A stretch of DNA of 63,169 bases, the filler included, from Reticulomyxa filosa (Eukaryota; Protista; Foraminifera): assembly GCA_000512085.1 (NCBI GenBank). It is 24 parts of 24 records of this genome, joined end to end, with 100 filler letters (N's around TTAATTAATTAA, not from the genome) between each part and the next. Parts side by side here need not be neighbours in the genome. Positions count along the whole stretch, not along the records: positions 35,292 to 39,003 come from ASPP01005062.1; positions 39,104 to 40,200 come from ASPP01041639.1; positions 40,301 to 41,314 come from ASPP01024966.1; positions 41,415 to 44,702 come from ASPP01004099.1; positions 44,803 to 46,048 come from ASPP01044294.1; positions 46,149 to 47,648 come from ASPP01022048.1; positions 47,749 to 54,765 come from ASPP01012966.1; 17 more parts are not named here. The stretch is one strand, 5' to 3'. Below, piece after piece: positions 35,292 to 48,272 of this stretch (within the stretch, counting starts at the first letter, position 1; each line of letters begins with the position of its first letter). The notes under the pieces are model-generated. The model was given only the letters and a program-made list of their open reading frames with translations. It did not search any database and was not told the origin of the DNA. The translations under genes were made by a program, and so were the position numbers.

Positions 35292-36185
35292 AACATTAGC
35301 ATTGATATTGGATTCTGTTTTTGTGTTTGTGTTTGTGTTTGTGTCAATCCTTGATTCTGACTCTGTTCCGATGGTCATTTCAATTTCCATGCAAGAAGAA
35401 TCCGCATTGGATTGCGTGCGCTTTGTGGCGCTGAACTTTGCGTCCATTTCATCGGATAGCCTCTCAGGGATGTGCCAGATGTTCAACACTGTGCGAAACT
35501 CGTCCAGTCGTCGCTGCACCTCCTTGTTCTTATTCAGCGTGCCGAACGTAGACTCGTAGTCACGCTTCAAGTACTCCGACATCGCCTTTGCACATCGCGC
35601 TTGTTCCGGAGACCAGTCGAGCTCTTCTTCTACACTCTCCCAAATCTCGATCAATTCTACCAGTTTCTCTTTCCTAAACTTGCCATCGATGCTTACCATT
35701 TTTGTCGACCCCTTCGGGATTGCCACATAATTCGCATAAAAGCCTTCGTTCTTTTTACTTTCTTTTTTTTTTTTTTTTTTTTGATTGGTTTGAAAAGTGA
35801 TATTAGAATCAGATTGGGTGAAAGAACTGTCAGACAGCAAAGATTCAAGTTGTTTGGGACTAATATCACTCCCGCGATATTTCATGGACGGCACGGATGG
35901 AGTGTACGTGCTTTGGATGGAAGAACGCTGCGATGACGGAACTTGGAAGTCTGCATGTGGATCAATTTGTTTCCATTTCTTTATGTCTATTGCAGCTATA
36001 TGCATTTCTTTTGTCTTTGCTTTTCCTTTTGCTTTCGCTTTTGCTTTCGCTTTTGCTTTTTTTGCTTTTGCATTTGTGTCTGCAGAAGACTGGTTTTTGG
36101 CTTTCAATTTGTTCGCTACTTCTTCATTTTGCTTTGATAATAGTTGCCGCTTCTCTTCATTTTTACTCCCAATGCAACAACCCAT
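35292..36185 (-). CDS. Hypothetical lipid-anchored protein (MGCC start, EKRQLL dileucine)
   Basis: Single ORF of ~298 codons from ATG 36185, truncated by contig end. Confidence 0.75.
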
Positions 36186-36776
36186 TTTTTTTTTTTACAA
36201 GTCTTTTTTTTAAAAAACCCAAATTTGAGAAAAGTAACACAAACACAAGGGAAAAAGCAAAAGCGTCGCAAAAAAAATGGAGTCAGCGGTGTTAATTTCT
36301 CTCTGTTTGCTCCCTTTGGACAAATGGCGTGCTTTTGGCAAAAGCGATTTGACGTTTTGCTTCAACTAAGCATATACCTTGCTTTTCAGAAGGAAAAAAG
36401 AAGGTAGGCATTAAACTCGAGAGATACTTGTGAAAAAATTGAGGAAAGAAAAGCTACCACTCCAAAAATGAAACAAAACGGCAAGAAATGAAACATACAC
36501 AGTGGTGTTATTTTCGTTGAGGATAAAGGGAAGGGTATAATAACAACAATAAAACGATATCATTATTTCGAATCGGTTAGTAACAAGAAAAACAAACAAG
36601 TTATGGATAAAAAAAAAGATTAACAATATTCGAGCTATTTGGTCTTGTCTTTTTCGCTCGTTGTTCGATTTAAAACAAGTATTATAAGATGTTTTTATGA
36701 CCGTCTCAAGGGATGGGACGATCTCTATATAAAAAAAAGAAGAAAAATAAAAAAGGGTGTTTTTGGTTCCATTGAT

Positions 36777-37961
36777 TCAAAGCATTGGCGATGATTTTAA
36801 TTTTTTGATCAACTTTGAGCCAAAATCAGTTTCATTTTTTGCATTTACTAACTTTCTATATTCCTGTTCGAAAGAAGAAGAAAAGATGTATATTGTGCAC
36901 ATTGGATTAAAGAAGCAAGAGAAGAAAAACGCATATATGTATGGTGGTCTATTCCAAAAAAAAAAAAAAAAAAAAAGATGCACTAACTTTTCGGCTAGTA
37001 AAGCGACGAAAAGCATCTTTCATTAACCCAAAAGCCTCTTCTGCGATTTCATCAAACAGGACAAGCACTTCAGGCAGTATATCTGAAAGTGGGGTATTTA
37101 TATTATGAGAATGAACCATATCCATGTTTTTATTAACAAAGGTTTTTTTTTTTGTTTTGTTTGTTTCCTGTCCCTCCTCTCCTTTCGACCCATCACTTAT
37201 GATTATCTCTTAAACTTGTCATCATCAGGTCTTGCATAGTAACATCGTAAGGCGCATTCTCATCTTGAATTAACAAGACACGCACACAGAAAAAAATGTG
37301 TTTGCAAGAGGGGAGGAGAGGGCTATGCTACGTTTTGCAATATGTAGGTTAAAAAAAAAAAAAAAAAGCAATAACTCAAACACAATGGGTCAAATTTGAT
37401 GCTGTGATCGGACTTGCTTGAATTCGTATGCGTGGATACAAGCGTTGTGGCGGCATTGTCGTCTTTGTATGCAGGCAGGGCTGAGTCAACCGAAACGTAG
37501 GCGTCAGGTAACCCAGACTTGTGCTTTGAAGGATATGAGTGGTTTCGAGGGTGTAATTGCAATCCAAATTGAAGCTGCCAGTTGGATTCGTTCCATTGTT
37601 ATTGTTATTATTATTGCTACGATAATGGAAAAGACGACTTCTCAATGTGGAAGAAATGGAAACTGCACGTTTGGAAGAGGGATTAGGATGCATGTTGGAT
37701 GGATGTTTCTGCATGCAATCCTCAAACTTCTTGAAGGCAGACACAGTTTTTTTTTTTAACGGATGAGGCAAGTTCAAAGGGAACTTGGCTGTGTCGGGAA
37801 TGTATTTGTGATAAAAGATGAAAATGCAACGATGGGGGTTGTCCATTTGATGGATCAAATGGCTTTGTGGCACGTTCGATGGCAGTTTTATATCAACCCA
37901 CGTCAAGTTATTTGACCGAATTTTTAATGTGTTGTCTAGCCATTGTTTGTTATTTACTTTG

Positions 37962-37992
<31 letters not shown>

Positions 37993-38995
37993 CATTGTCG
38001 TTTTTACCGTTATTCTTAAGTAACTCGTCATCAATTGTGATCGTTCGATTTGTTCCGTTTTCTTTTTGTTTTTCAGTACTGTCCATGTTTACATTGTCTT
38101 GATATAGCAAGTGTAGTGATACATTATTCTCATCTTCATCATCTTTCATTTTCAGTACTTCTGCGTCCTCTTCCGTGTCCTTCAATAATGTTTCTTTTTT
38201 TCTTTTGTTTGGTTTGCCATTGTTTTTTTTTTTAAAAGTATATAGGTTTGTGTGTGTGCACGTGGGAGGCCTTTTTTTTTAAAAAAAAAGAAAAACTAAA
38301 CAAGTATTGAATCAGCTTTTCCGACAATTGAATCCATTCTACCACAAACAATAAATTTTCATTTGCGAACTCGGACACCAAATGTTGCTATTTTTTTACA
38401 AAAAGGCAATAACAATGATGTTTGTCTGTTTGCATGCAATTGATATTGCATATGTGTACTTTTTTTTTTTTTTGAGAACAATATAAAAAAACAAACAAAC
38501 CATAAATAAAGTGAAGCCATCATTACAAGCTAAAACTTCAACTAATGTTAACTGAACCCCAGAGTCATTTAACGCCGAATCTTTGCAATTACAAAAAGAC
38601 ATCGATTAGGTAAGACAATCGAAGAGATATTAAAAAAAAAAAAAAAAAAAAAAAAGAAACATGAAGGCGTGGCGTGGTCAGTGTCGACAGGACGATGATC
38701 AGGAGGATGAAGAGATGTAGCCAGAGGAGGAGGAGGAGGGGGAGGAAGAGGGACGGAGAGGGAGGTCGAGGTATCTTTGGACGAAGCTCGGAACACCCAA
38801 ACCGTGGCAAAATAGCAGATGCCAAGAGCGCTCCACACCACAATTTCGTCGTTGATCGTGTACACATAAAACGTTTGCAACGCAGATGTCCATGTCACAT
38901 AGCGATTGATCATATGATATGATATTATTGGATTCATCGTTAGCAATGTCAATGGTATCAATGACCAAAACATTTGTAATTTGAATTCATCTTTT
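36777..38995 (-). CDS. Second TM-RGS protein, 3' part, with Asn-rich inserts
   Basis: Two TM-like segments, then LVEVLACNDGFTLFM-QHLVSEFANENLLF, FYHKYIPDTAKFPLNL and LFDEIAEEAFGLMKDAFRRF. Confidence 0.8.
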
Positions 38996-40300
38996 TTCCC
39001 CCCNNNNNNNNNNNNNNNNNNNNNNNNNNNNNNNNNNNNNNNNNNNNTTAATTAATTAANNNNNNNNNNNNNNNNNNNNNNNNNNNNNNNNNNNNNNNNN
39101 NNNATATATTTTCAAAAAAAAATCTCAATTTTAAATTTTAATTATACTCCGGATCATCACATGAATTATGATTTTTATAATTTTTTATTTTTTTAAAGAA
39201 TAAAATAACTTTATTATAGTTATTGATAACGAAATTTATGTTAAAAACTGATTTTACAATTGAAAAATTGAACAAAAATTTGTTTTGTTTTCTGTCACAT
39301 ATAACGAACTAAATTTTTCTCTTTTTATTTTCTTCCACATATATTTCATCATATGTGGAACTGATGAAAATGTATGTTTGTTTAATCTAATACAGTTTTT
39401 TTATTAGTTGAAAGTTTGATTCTTCAGAAAAATTTGTAGAATTTGGGAAGTCTTCAAAGCGCAATAATCGCATTGAAATTTCTGTTGCAGTTAATCCCTT
39501 GTTCGAAATTGACCTTGGTTTCTTTTAAACTTTTGAAAAGTTTAACTAACACAACAGTCATCTTACACAAAAACTGGAATCGATTTTACAGTTTTTGTTT
39601 CAATATCCTTTTAAAAAAAACCCAAATTTCAGAACTTTTATTATTTAGTCTTTGTAGGAATATTGAGACGACTAAATGCAATACGAAAGGAACTTAGTTC
39701 CAAAAAGCAACTTCAGTAAAAGGAAATTAAATTAACAAAAATAATTTCGACACAAGAAAGGAAAACATGTAATGCAAGCCCCTATTACACATGGCTGAAC
39801 TCTTATGGAACTGACGAACTTTCTTTGGGTTAAACTTCTCCACAAAACTTTCTTCACTTCTTGTTTTTGGTCTTTCTTTTTTACTTATTGAGTTATTCAT
39901 TTTGGTTATTAGTTTACTTTGTTTTACTGAAAGCCAATCTCAATTTGAGTAAAACCTTTTCGTAGTGTAGCTATCTACAGTAGACACCCCACAAACAAGT
40001 AAAGAAAACACAACAGTGAGTTGTGTTGTGAATGGGATTTTAACCCATCGGGGTTCCACCGTTCCATTAGTATTTGAGATTGTATAATATGGACTTACCC
40101 TACATCTTAATCCAAATTGAAAATTGCTCAACAATTACATACAGTAAGATAAAAAAGAAAGTTGACACCTAAAATGCCACCTTATATAGATGATTGTGTT
40201 NNNNNNNNNNNNNNNNNNNNNNNNNNNNNNNNNNNNNNNNNNNNTTAATTAATTAANNNNNNNNNNNNNNNNNNNNNNNNNNNNNNNNNNNNNNNNNNNN

Positions 40301-41314
40301 CAAAAAGAAGAAAAGAAAAATGAATGAAAAGAATGTTTGGAAGCAGAAAATGAAGGTCAGTAAGGACTTTTTCTGCAATAATTTTCCAACATTAATGATA
40401 GGTCATAACGGAAATCACAAACATCGATATTGAAGATATTTGGGAAAAAAAGGAAAGACATTGGCAAACTCGGTCAAGCTTGGAAGACTGTATTTGTACA
40501 TTTTCAAACTCCAACAACAATTGGAGAATCTTGTGAATCATTTTAATGAAATGCAACAAGAAAACGAACAAAAAGACAATGAAACAGAAAATGAAAAGAA
40601 AAAAAAACTCCGAAATGCTCTATCTACAATTTCGGATGTAGAAGATCAGAAGAAAAGAAGAAATAAAAAATTCAGAAATCATCTGTTTAAGAATGTGTCC
40701 ATTCGAGAATCGGAACAAGAAATAAAAGAAACTCTTGAAGATTTGGGGTTTAATATTGATTTAAAGGTTTACCAATGGTGAAGGTAACATTTTCAAATAT
40801 TGTTTTAATGTGGCAGAATGTGAATACTTTGATATTTCTGCCAATGCAAAGAATTGTTTTGGATTGAACCAGGAAAAAGAAATGCAAGTATTATAGAAGA
40901 TTCAATCATGCGTCTAAAGATTGTTTCCACAAGAAGAAAAGACAAAGATGCATATTGTACAAAGGTAATCATGCAAGTGATTTAATTGTTTGTCCTGTTA
41001 TTCAAAAGACAACAAATTGAAATCAATCTGTCTCGACGCGAAAAACAAATTATTCAAAAGAAGGAAAAAGCGAAACAACCTGAAAAACCAAAGATACGGA
41101 AAAAAGATTGTATGGAAAGTAAACAAACCATGGTGGAGTGATGCATTACGAAGGAAAAGAAAGAATGTGCATCAATTGAAAAGAAAGTTTAGAAAGAACA
41201 GAACAAAAATAAATTATTGGAAATACGAAAAGGCAATGGGAATATTTGATAAAGTCAATTGGATCACTGCAAGAAGGTAATACAAAACAGTTTTTTTCGC
41301 AGTTCGGATCCATG
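40301..41314 (+). mobile_element. Decayed LINE: ORF1 (coiled coil, broken Cys/His knuckles) followed by ORF2 linker
   Basis: Coiled coil; KNCFGL; CTKGNHASDLIVCP; KPWWSDALRRKRKNVHQLKRKFRK (PWW motif between endonuclease and RT). Confidence 0.7.
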
Positions 41315-42189
41315 NNNNNNNNNNNNNNNNNNNNNNNNNNNNNNNNNNNNNNNNNNNNTTAATTAATTAANNNNNNNNNNNNNNNNNNNNNNNNNNNNNN
41401 NNNNNNNNNNNNNNCCTAATTGTGCGATCCTCTGTTTAAGATGTCATTGGCACACATATCAATGGCTGCAAAAAACAAGAGCTACGTGTATCAGTAGAGA
41501 CACGGCCAACAAAAAAAAATCAGACATCATTCAATAATGGAAAAGAAAGTGCGTTGACAGGCGCATGAATTTAAGGAAATGGTCATTGCAATCTACGTGA
41601 GGACATTGCTCTTTGGTTACATGCTGTACGGGAAATTTGAAGTGAAATGTGACTGGTTATGCAAGACGTTCATTTGTGACTGTGTGTAAGGGTAATCAAA
41701 TTGAGATGTCGTTCCAACTACGAGTTGAAAAAAAAATATTGGGCAATATTAAAAACTTCAGGAGCTTTTGTACAGTTGTTTCTCTGTAATATGTCATAAG
41801 CCAAAATCTAATAAAATTTAGAATGCCACAGATGACAAGGAGCAATAACACCACACTAGTTTTCATTTTAAAGAGCTTGTTCAACTGTTCATAGATTTAG
41901 AGCTTTCTTAAAAAAAAACTTTTTCTTGGTCTAGAACTCACTCTTTGTCGTAAAAAAATATTGATAAGTTTTTTGATAAAATATTCTGATAAAAATAAAC
42001 TATTTTGATAAAATATGACCATTGAAATTCAAATTACAAATTTCTTTTTTTATGGATATTGTGCTGTTGGGTGATTGTAAAAACTCTCTTTTTCTTTTCT
42101 TGGTGAGGTTGGAGTTCTCTAGTGCTGACGTTGGATGTTGATCATGCCTTTCAATATTTACTTACGAATGAAGCGCATGTCATTCGCTT

Positions 42190-43020
42190 CAAAGTTGGCC
42201 GTTACCATTTCGCAATTCACAACAAGGCCACTTATCACCAGTCCACTCACTATCATATCAACAATTATATTAACAATTTCACATACGATCACACAAACTA
42301 TCATACCAAATATCGTGCCAATTATTACACCAATAATTGCACCAACTCTAAGATCAATCACTGTAATACAAATCGCGATCATAAATATGGAATGTCAAAT
42401 TTGTGGGTATTTAACATGCTTTGCAAAAATGGTGAATCTGGAACATTGGATATTACGGGTGAACCTTTCAGTTAATTTCGTTTATCTTTTTGTCAATTAA
42501 AAAAATACATAAACAAAAAAATGCTGATAGAAGTATGAACAAAAATTTTGTAATAATAATGTATATTTAATTTATTATACATATACAAATATAAACAGAC
42601 ATGGACATTGACTTTGGGCAACGTTGTGCTTGGACACTTGACAAAGTCCACAACTGCGATATAACAGCCAAGACAATGAGCGCACTAGGGATTAGATTGT
42701 TGGTGATGTTGGTATTGTGACTTATTGCTTGGACGATTTCAAGAGTCCTGTCAGCATGGTGGCTTATAATGAGCCAAGTGTGAATGTGATATCATATATC
42801 CATGAACACGAATGCGCCAGGTAATTGTCCGTCCAGGTGGAAGAATTCGCAATAAGTTGTGGAGGTGAGTAATTGGCTGGTATTGTGCACATTGGTCTAA
42901 TTTAATCGACAGGGGACTCAATATGTCAAATCACACAGACGCCAACAATGACCAGCAAATGGAGAAAATAGTGAATGGTCAATCCACGACGATCGCGCCA
43001 GCAGCAACAAACAACAGTTA
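42190..43020 (+). pseudogene. Decayed surface-protein-like gene with PTxx repeat stalk and TM remnant
   Basis: 12-nt periodic Thr/Ile/Pro tract at 42220-42350; later hydrophobic segment with stop; several frameshifts. Confidence 0.45.
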
Positions 43021-43734
43021 AGCACAATAAACTATGATACGACCAATTAGTATATGTCGACAATTTGCTTGACATAAGTATTATATGAACACACTTTTTT
43101 TATGTAGAATTATACGCAAAAACAACGTATAACTTTGATGATGTATATGTTATATACATAATTGGAAAAAAAATATAGATAACGCGCCCGACGATGATCC
43201 AGTGACAACAAGAAAAAAGGGGTAGAAGCCAACTCCGTCTCCGAAAGGAGCTTAAAAGGTTTGTAATATCTTTTTATATATATGTAAATATGTTTATGTT
43301 ATGTGTTTGTGTACAGGATTCACCCTCCTGAAACAAGTTACCTGTTTTAAACCCCATCCACACACAAAAAACATTGGGGTCGAAGACCGACCGGCGTGCA
43401 AAATGAAAAATAATGGTTTGTTATATTTTACATATTTGTATCTTTCTTTTGTTAAAATAATGTGATTATGTGTATATATCATATATAGGAATTCCCCATC
43501 ACAAAGAAAAAAATGTATTTATATTCTTTTGTCCACCTAATCTATACACAAAACAAAAACATTTTGAGTGTTTGTCACACAGGGAAAAAAAATTGAAATT
43601 TAGTTTGAAATATACTTTTACAGGTAACTATATTTTTCTTGTGTTATCTAAAAATATATAAAATAATTTTGTTGTTTGTGTAATAGGTGCACATGATCCA
43701 AATTATTTTTAAAAAGAAAAAGTTTTAGAAAGAG

Positions 43735-44020
43735 TGGTGGTGGGAAAAAATAGAGAAAAAGAAAATAGAAAAAGGGGGAGGGGGGGAATGGATAATAGAA
43801 GAGGGGGGAAAATAGAAAATTGAAAAATGGGGAAATTTGAAAATTGAAAAAGGGGGGAAAAAAATGTATAATTGAAAAATGGAGGATGGGAGGAAATAGA
43901 AATAAATTAGAAAAAAAAAGATTGAAAATAATAAAAATAGTGAAAAAAAGAAAAAAGAAGTATAAGAAAAAGAAAAAAATTAGTGATAAAAAAAAGGAGA
44001 AAAAAAAAGTATAATTGGAG
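43735..44020. repeat. Polypurine (A/G) low-complexity tract
   Basis: C is absent on the + strand over ~280 nt; G-runs and A-runs. Confidence 0.8.
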
Positions 44021-44802
44021 AATTGACTCCAAAAATCATTTCTATCCCAGAGGATAGCAAAACTTAGTTAAGTAAATAAAAATATTTTTATATATATGTG
44101 ACTTGTTTTAACAAAAAAAATTATAGACGAAAGCGTTGCAGCGAGCAAGTTCCAATATTTAAAATAATCAAACTTGATCTCTATGCAAAAGGATAAATGT
44201 TTTGTGATATTGTTATGCGCTATTGGTGCAAAATGGAAGACTACTTGCCTAGCACAATAATGGAACTCTAGACTGCATTCGCCATCAATTGAAGCCTTTG
44301 TTCTCAATCGCACTGTCATCTTTTATTGACCAATTGCATGTCAAATCACTATCATACACAACAACATACAAGATCACCTTCATATAAATCTACTTCGCCT
44401 CCAATGCGATATATGTCCTATTCTACAATATAGATCACAACTTTTTCTCTAGCTCCATATCTTGCTGTAAACACTCTGCAACAATTGTATCAATCTCATC
44501 ACTCGCGTTTCCCAACAAGAGCTCGACTTTGCTGCAAACACGGTACCTCTCTATTCACAACAAGACATCCTACAATGTTTCCACACATTTACACTACAGT
44601 TGTGAGCAATCATAGTTTGTTACAAAGCTGTCTTGAATTGTGATGTGTTTTTTGAATTGTATAGATTGGATTAATGGCATCGATAGTGAAAAGCAAGGAC
44701 GTNNNNNNNNNNNNNNNNNNNNNNNNNNNNNNNNNNNNNNNNNNNNTTAATTAATTAANNNNNNNNNNNNNNNNNNNNNNNNNNNNNNNNNNNNNNNNNN
44801 NN

Positions 44803-45620
44803 TGCGCAACTTTCATTTGAAGTTTGTTTTTTTTTTTTTTTTTTTTGCAGTTGTTGTTCTTGTCGTTCTTTTTTTTTGTTTCTGGGAATCTTCTTTTGCT
44901 GACTCATGCAATTCTTCTCCTTTTGCCGTTTCCATTCGGACCAAAGAACAAGGTAATTGTGATAGGCTTGGACTTGGCTTGTGTTTGTTTGTTTTGACAT
45001 CGAGCACAGATGCTACTTCTCCATTTTGTGCAGTAGACGTTCGCTTCTCCCATCCAAAATAGCTTTCCAATTTGTGATGAGATGAGTCTGTTGTTTGTCC
45101 GCAACGGCTGTGGATATACGGCTTAGGCTTTGCTTCTCGCGCACTTTTATCAATGCTCTCACAAGATACGCTCAAATGTATTTCTTCATTTGCACATTTT
45201 TTTGCCTTGTTCCCGTCTTGTAATTTTTTCTTTTCATCACCTTTCCGCTCGTTGTGCATTGCTTGGGTCTTTGGTGATGCTTCATTTGTAGTCGTGGTGG
45301 CTACTGCATTTGACGACTTCTGTTCACCAATATGTTTTCTTTTTAAGTGTTCTCGGATATTGCTGCGCAGAAAAAAAAAAAAAACAACAAAACAACAAAT
45401 CATTGTAAACGCAAGGTTGCACTCTGTCGTACCTCGGCCACAAAGAAGAAATCAAGGCAATTTTTTTTGGATTCAACGTGTTTGTGCTTTTTTGTCAATT
45501 TTGACCTCATTTCATCTCGTTCGCAAAAAAAAAGAAATGAATTGTCCTGATTTATTAATACAATGCGTATTCCACAACAGGGGAAACACCAGTGTTTTGT
45601 CTCTACTACCAGCGACAAAG
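44803..45620 (-). CDS. Hypothetical protein with possible C2H2/BED-like finger
   Basis: Coding-like exon SNIREHLKRKH...; Cys-containing upstream segments; exon structure unresolved. Confidence 0.45.
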
Positions 45621-46919
45621 TTCAGCGCAAAACCAAAAAAAAACGTGAGTCTCTTGCTTGCATAACAAAAGTAATCCTTTATTGGAGAATTTTTGATTAT
45701 CAAGTTATTTATAAAAAGAGTTCAACCCAGAAAAAGAAGTTGTTTTATACATTTTTATTTGTAAATGAATACACGAAATGTCAACGTTCGGAATCAGCAT
45801 GAAGCGCTTCAGCTAAAAGTAGACAATTTATTGACATCAACACATATAGTGACGTAGTAATTGCATTTTCTAAGTTCTGACTTATTGAACACAAAATTGC
45901 TTACTGACATGAAAGACTGCCTTATAAGATATCAATTTTATTCATGAAAACACTTTATCAAAATTTTACAAATATCACAAATACTATAGTTTTTAGCAGA
46001 AAATTTTTTTTTGATCGAAGAAAATATGTATTGTTGTAAATTTTACAGNNNNNNNNNNNNNNNNNNNNNNNNNNNNNNNNNNNNNNNNNNNNTTAATTAA
46101 TTAANNNNNNNNNNNNNNNNNNNNNNNNNNNNNNNNNNNNNNNNNNNNGTGCAATACGATTCAGTCATGGGACATATATAATCCAATGGCTGCATCATCA
46201 TTTTTTAGTGATTTTGATGAAATTTGTTTTTTAAAGGGTTTTTCAAACCTAGAATTTTTTTCTCCAAAAAAAACATAAAAAAAAGTTCTAGAATTTTTGC
46301 CTTTCATACCTATTATCTACCACCTTATTCTTATCCTTACAAGAATGGCAGAAATATTCAAATATCGATTAAAATCAAAATCAAAAAAGCTTAGTACGCG
46401 CAGATTGGAACCTAAAACAATTTAATTATATTAAAATTTGGAATGTGATATGCTTTTTATTAAAAAAGAATTTAGCATACCTTCTTATTTAAATTGCAAT
46501 TGCAATTTTTTGAGGATATATAAAAGATGAATGATGCGATTTCAAACAGCATTTTCTTTTTTGTGGCTTTGCTTCTTGTATCACATCTTTTTGGGCTGTT
46601 ACAAACAAAGAACAAAATTTATCAAAACAATCTTATTATTTCCATTTCTCCTATATTTAAATCAATAAAAGCTTAATTTGTTATCTAATATGAGTAATTT
46701 TTTCTTTCTCTTATTTCTTTGGTAGATTTTAAATAAAAGAAACTCTGTTTTTTAAAATTCTGACTGAATATTAAAAACACCATAGTGGAATACCTTGATG
46801 TTAATTTTTTTTATTTGCGTGGATAAAACTCAGTTTTAAGTATTCTTGTTAAATACATGTATTCTCTTCCAAACTTTTTATTAAAAAAAAATTGATTTAA
46901 ATATTGCTGTTATTCTTAA

Positions 46920-47200
46920 CAAATGATAAATTAATTCTCATTTGTGATTGCAATGATCAACAAAGTGATTTGATATCTACCAGTTTCATTACAGTGTCCA
47001 ACTAATTTAGTATGACTTATATTGATTTTTGAGTGTATGATAAGAATAACAGTCTTTTCTAAGATAACCTACAATATTGATTGTATCACAATGGCATAAT
47101 TATATGCATCATGTTTTTAATACGATAATAAAGTCTTGATTTAACTATTTGTTATAATATTCTTACATTGTCGATGTTCCATCTGCAATCATTCACTATT
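46920..47200 (-). pseudogene. Kelch-like family remnant
   Basis: RKDCYSYHTLKNQYK, LVGHC and QITLL match the gene at 58747-60011. Confidence 0.75.
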
Positions 47201-47463
47201 CATTTTAATAATGTTTTATAAAATCACAAAAATACAATCTAATTCTTTTCAAGTGCAATTTTCATTTATTATATTTTTCAATTCTTTAAAAAAACATTGA
47301 ATGCAACTATTTCAATTTATTGAAACAACAAAACAAAATAAAACACATTCTTCAATGCTTGCATTCAATTAAATCAAATAAGTTTAATATCACTTTATTT
47401 TCCTTTAATCAAACTTTTCAAACAAAAAAAATACTTTCATTTCTTATTTCATAAAACAACAAA

Positions 47464-47648
47464 TTATCCCCAAATACGAATGGGACCATTGCGCGAACCA
47501 TAACACAAATTCAAATTATGTGTGATATTCTTTGTCTCCTTTTTCTTTTTCAATTCAATAAATTTAAGACAAATTATTCCGTTATCTTCTTTCTCATCTC
47601 CTTTGATCATATACAATTCATTCTTATTTGATCGAATATCCCAAAAAC
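47464..47648 (-). CDS. WD40 family paralog, 3' end
   Basis: FWDIRSNKNELYMIKGDEKEDNGIICLKF...LNLCYGSRNGPIRIWG*, paralogous to the C-terminus of 846-2231. Confidence 0.9.
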
Positions 47649-47748
47649 NNNNNNNNNNNNNNNNNNNNNNNNNNNNNNNNNNNNNNNNNNNNTTAATTAA
47701 TTAANNNNNNNNNNNNNNNNNNNNNNNNNNNNNNNNNNNNNNNNNNNN

Positions 47749-47787
<39 letters not shown>

Positions 47788-47863
47788 CTCAATTCGATTG
47801 TTTATGTTTTTAATACTGCTTTGATTAACATCTCTCCTTTTTTTTTTTTTTTTTTTGTAAAAA

Positions 47864-48232
47864 GCCCAATGATCGAAACAACGAAGAAATAAAGAACAAA
47901 AAAAAAGAAGCAACAAACAAATCCGAATGAAACGGGAAAGAAATTGCGCACTTGTGAAGCGCCTGATGGACGAGGCTTTTATGAAGAGCTCTTGTCCAAT
48001 GGCAATGAGGATGATGAAATGGCTGGGCTTGACCCATTTCAACTACTCACACCAGTAGCTTTTGACCTGTCAAATGACAATGACAATGACAATGACAATG
48101 ATAATGTTGAGATCTTTGAACCTTTCGACGATAATCTCGGAAATGACGAAGATGACGAAGATGACGAAGATGATGACGACAATGATAACAAGGACACTAC
48201 GGCCGACAATACTAATATCAATATCGATGCTG

Positions 48233-48272
<40 letters not shown>

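Noticed and set aside
46395-46420. tRNA T-loop/B-box-like GTTCxA motifs (also ~51362-51375)
   Set aside because: No cloverleaf or acceptor stem
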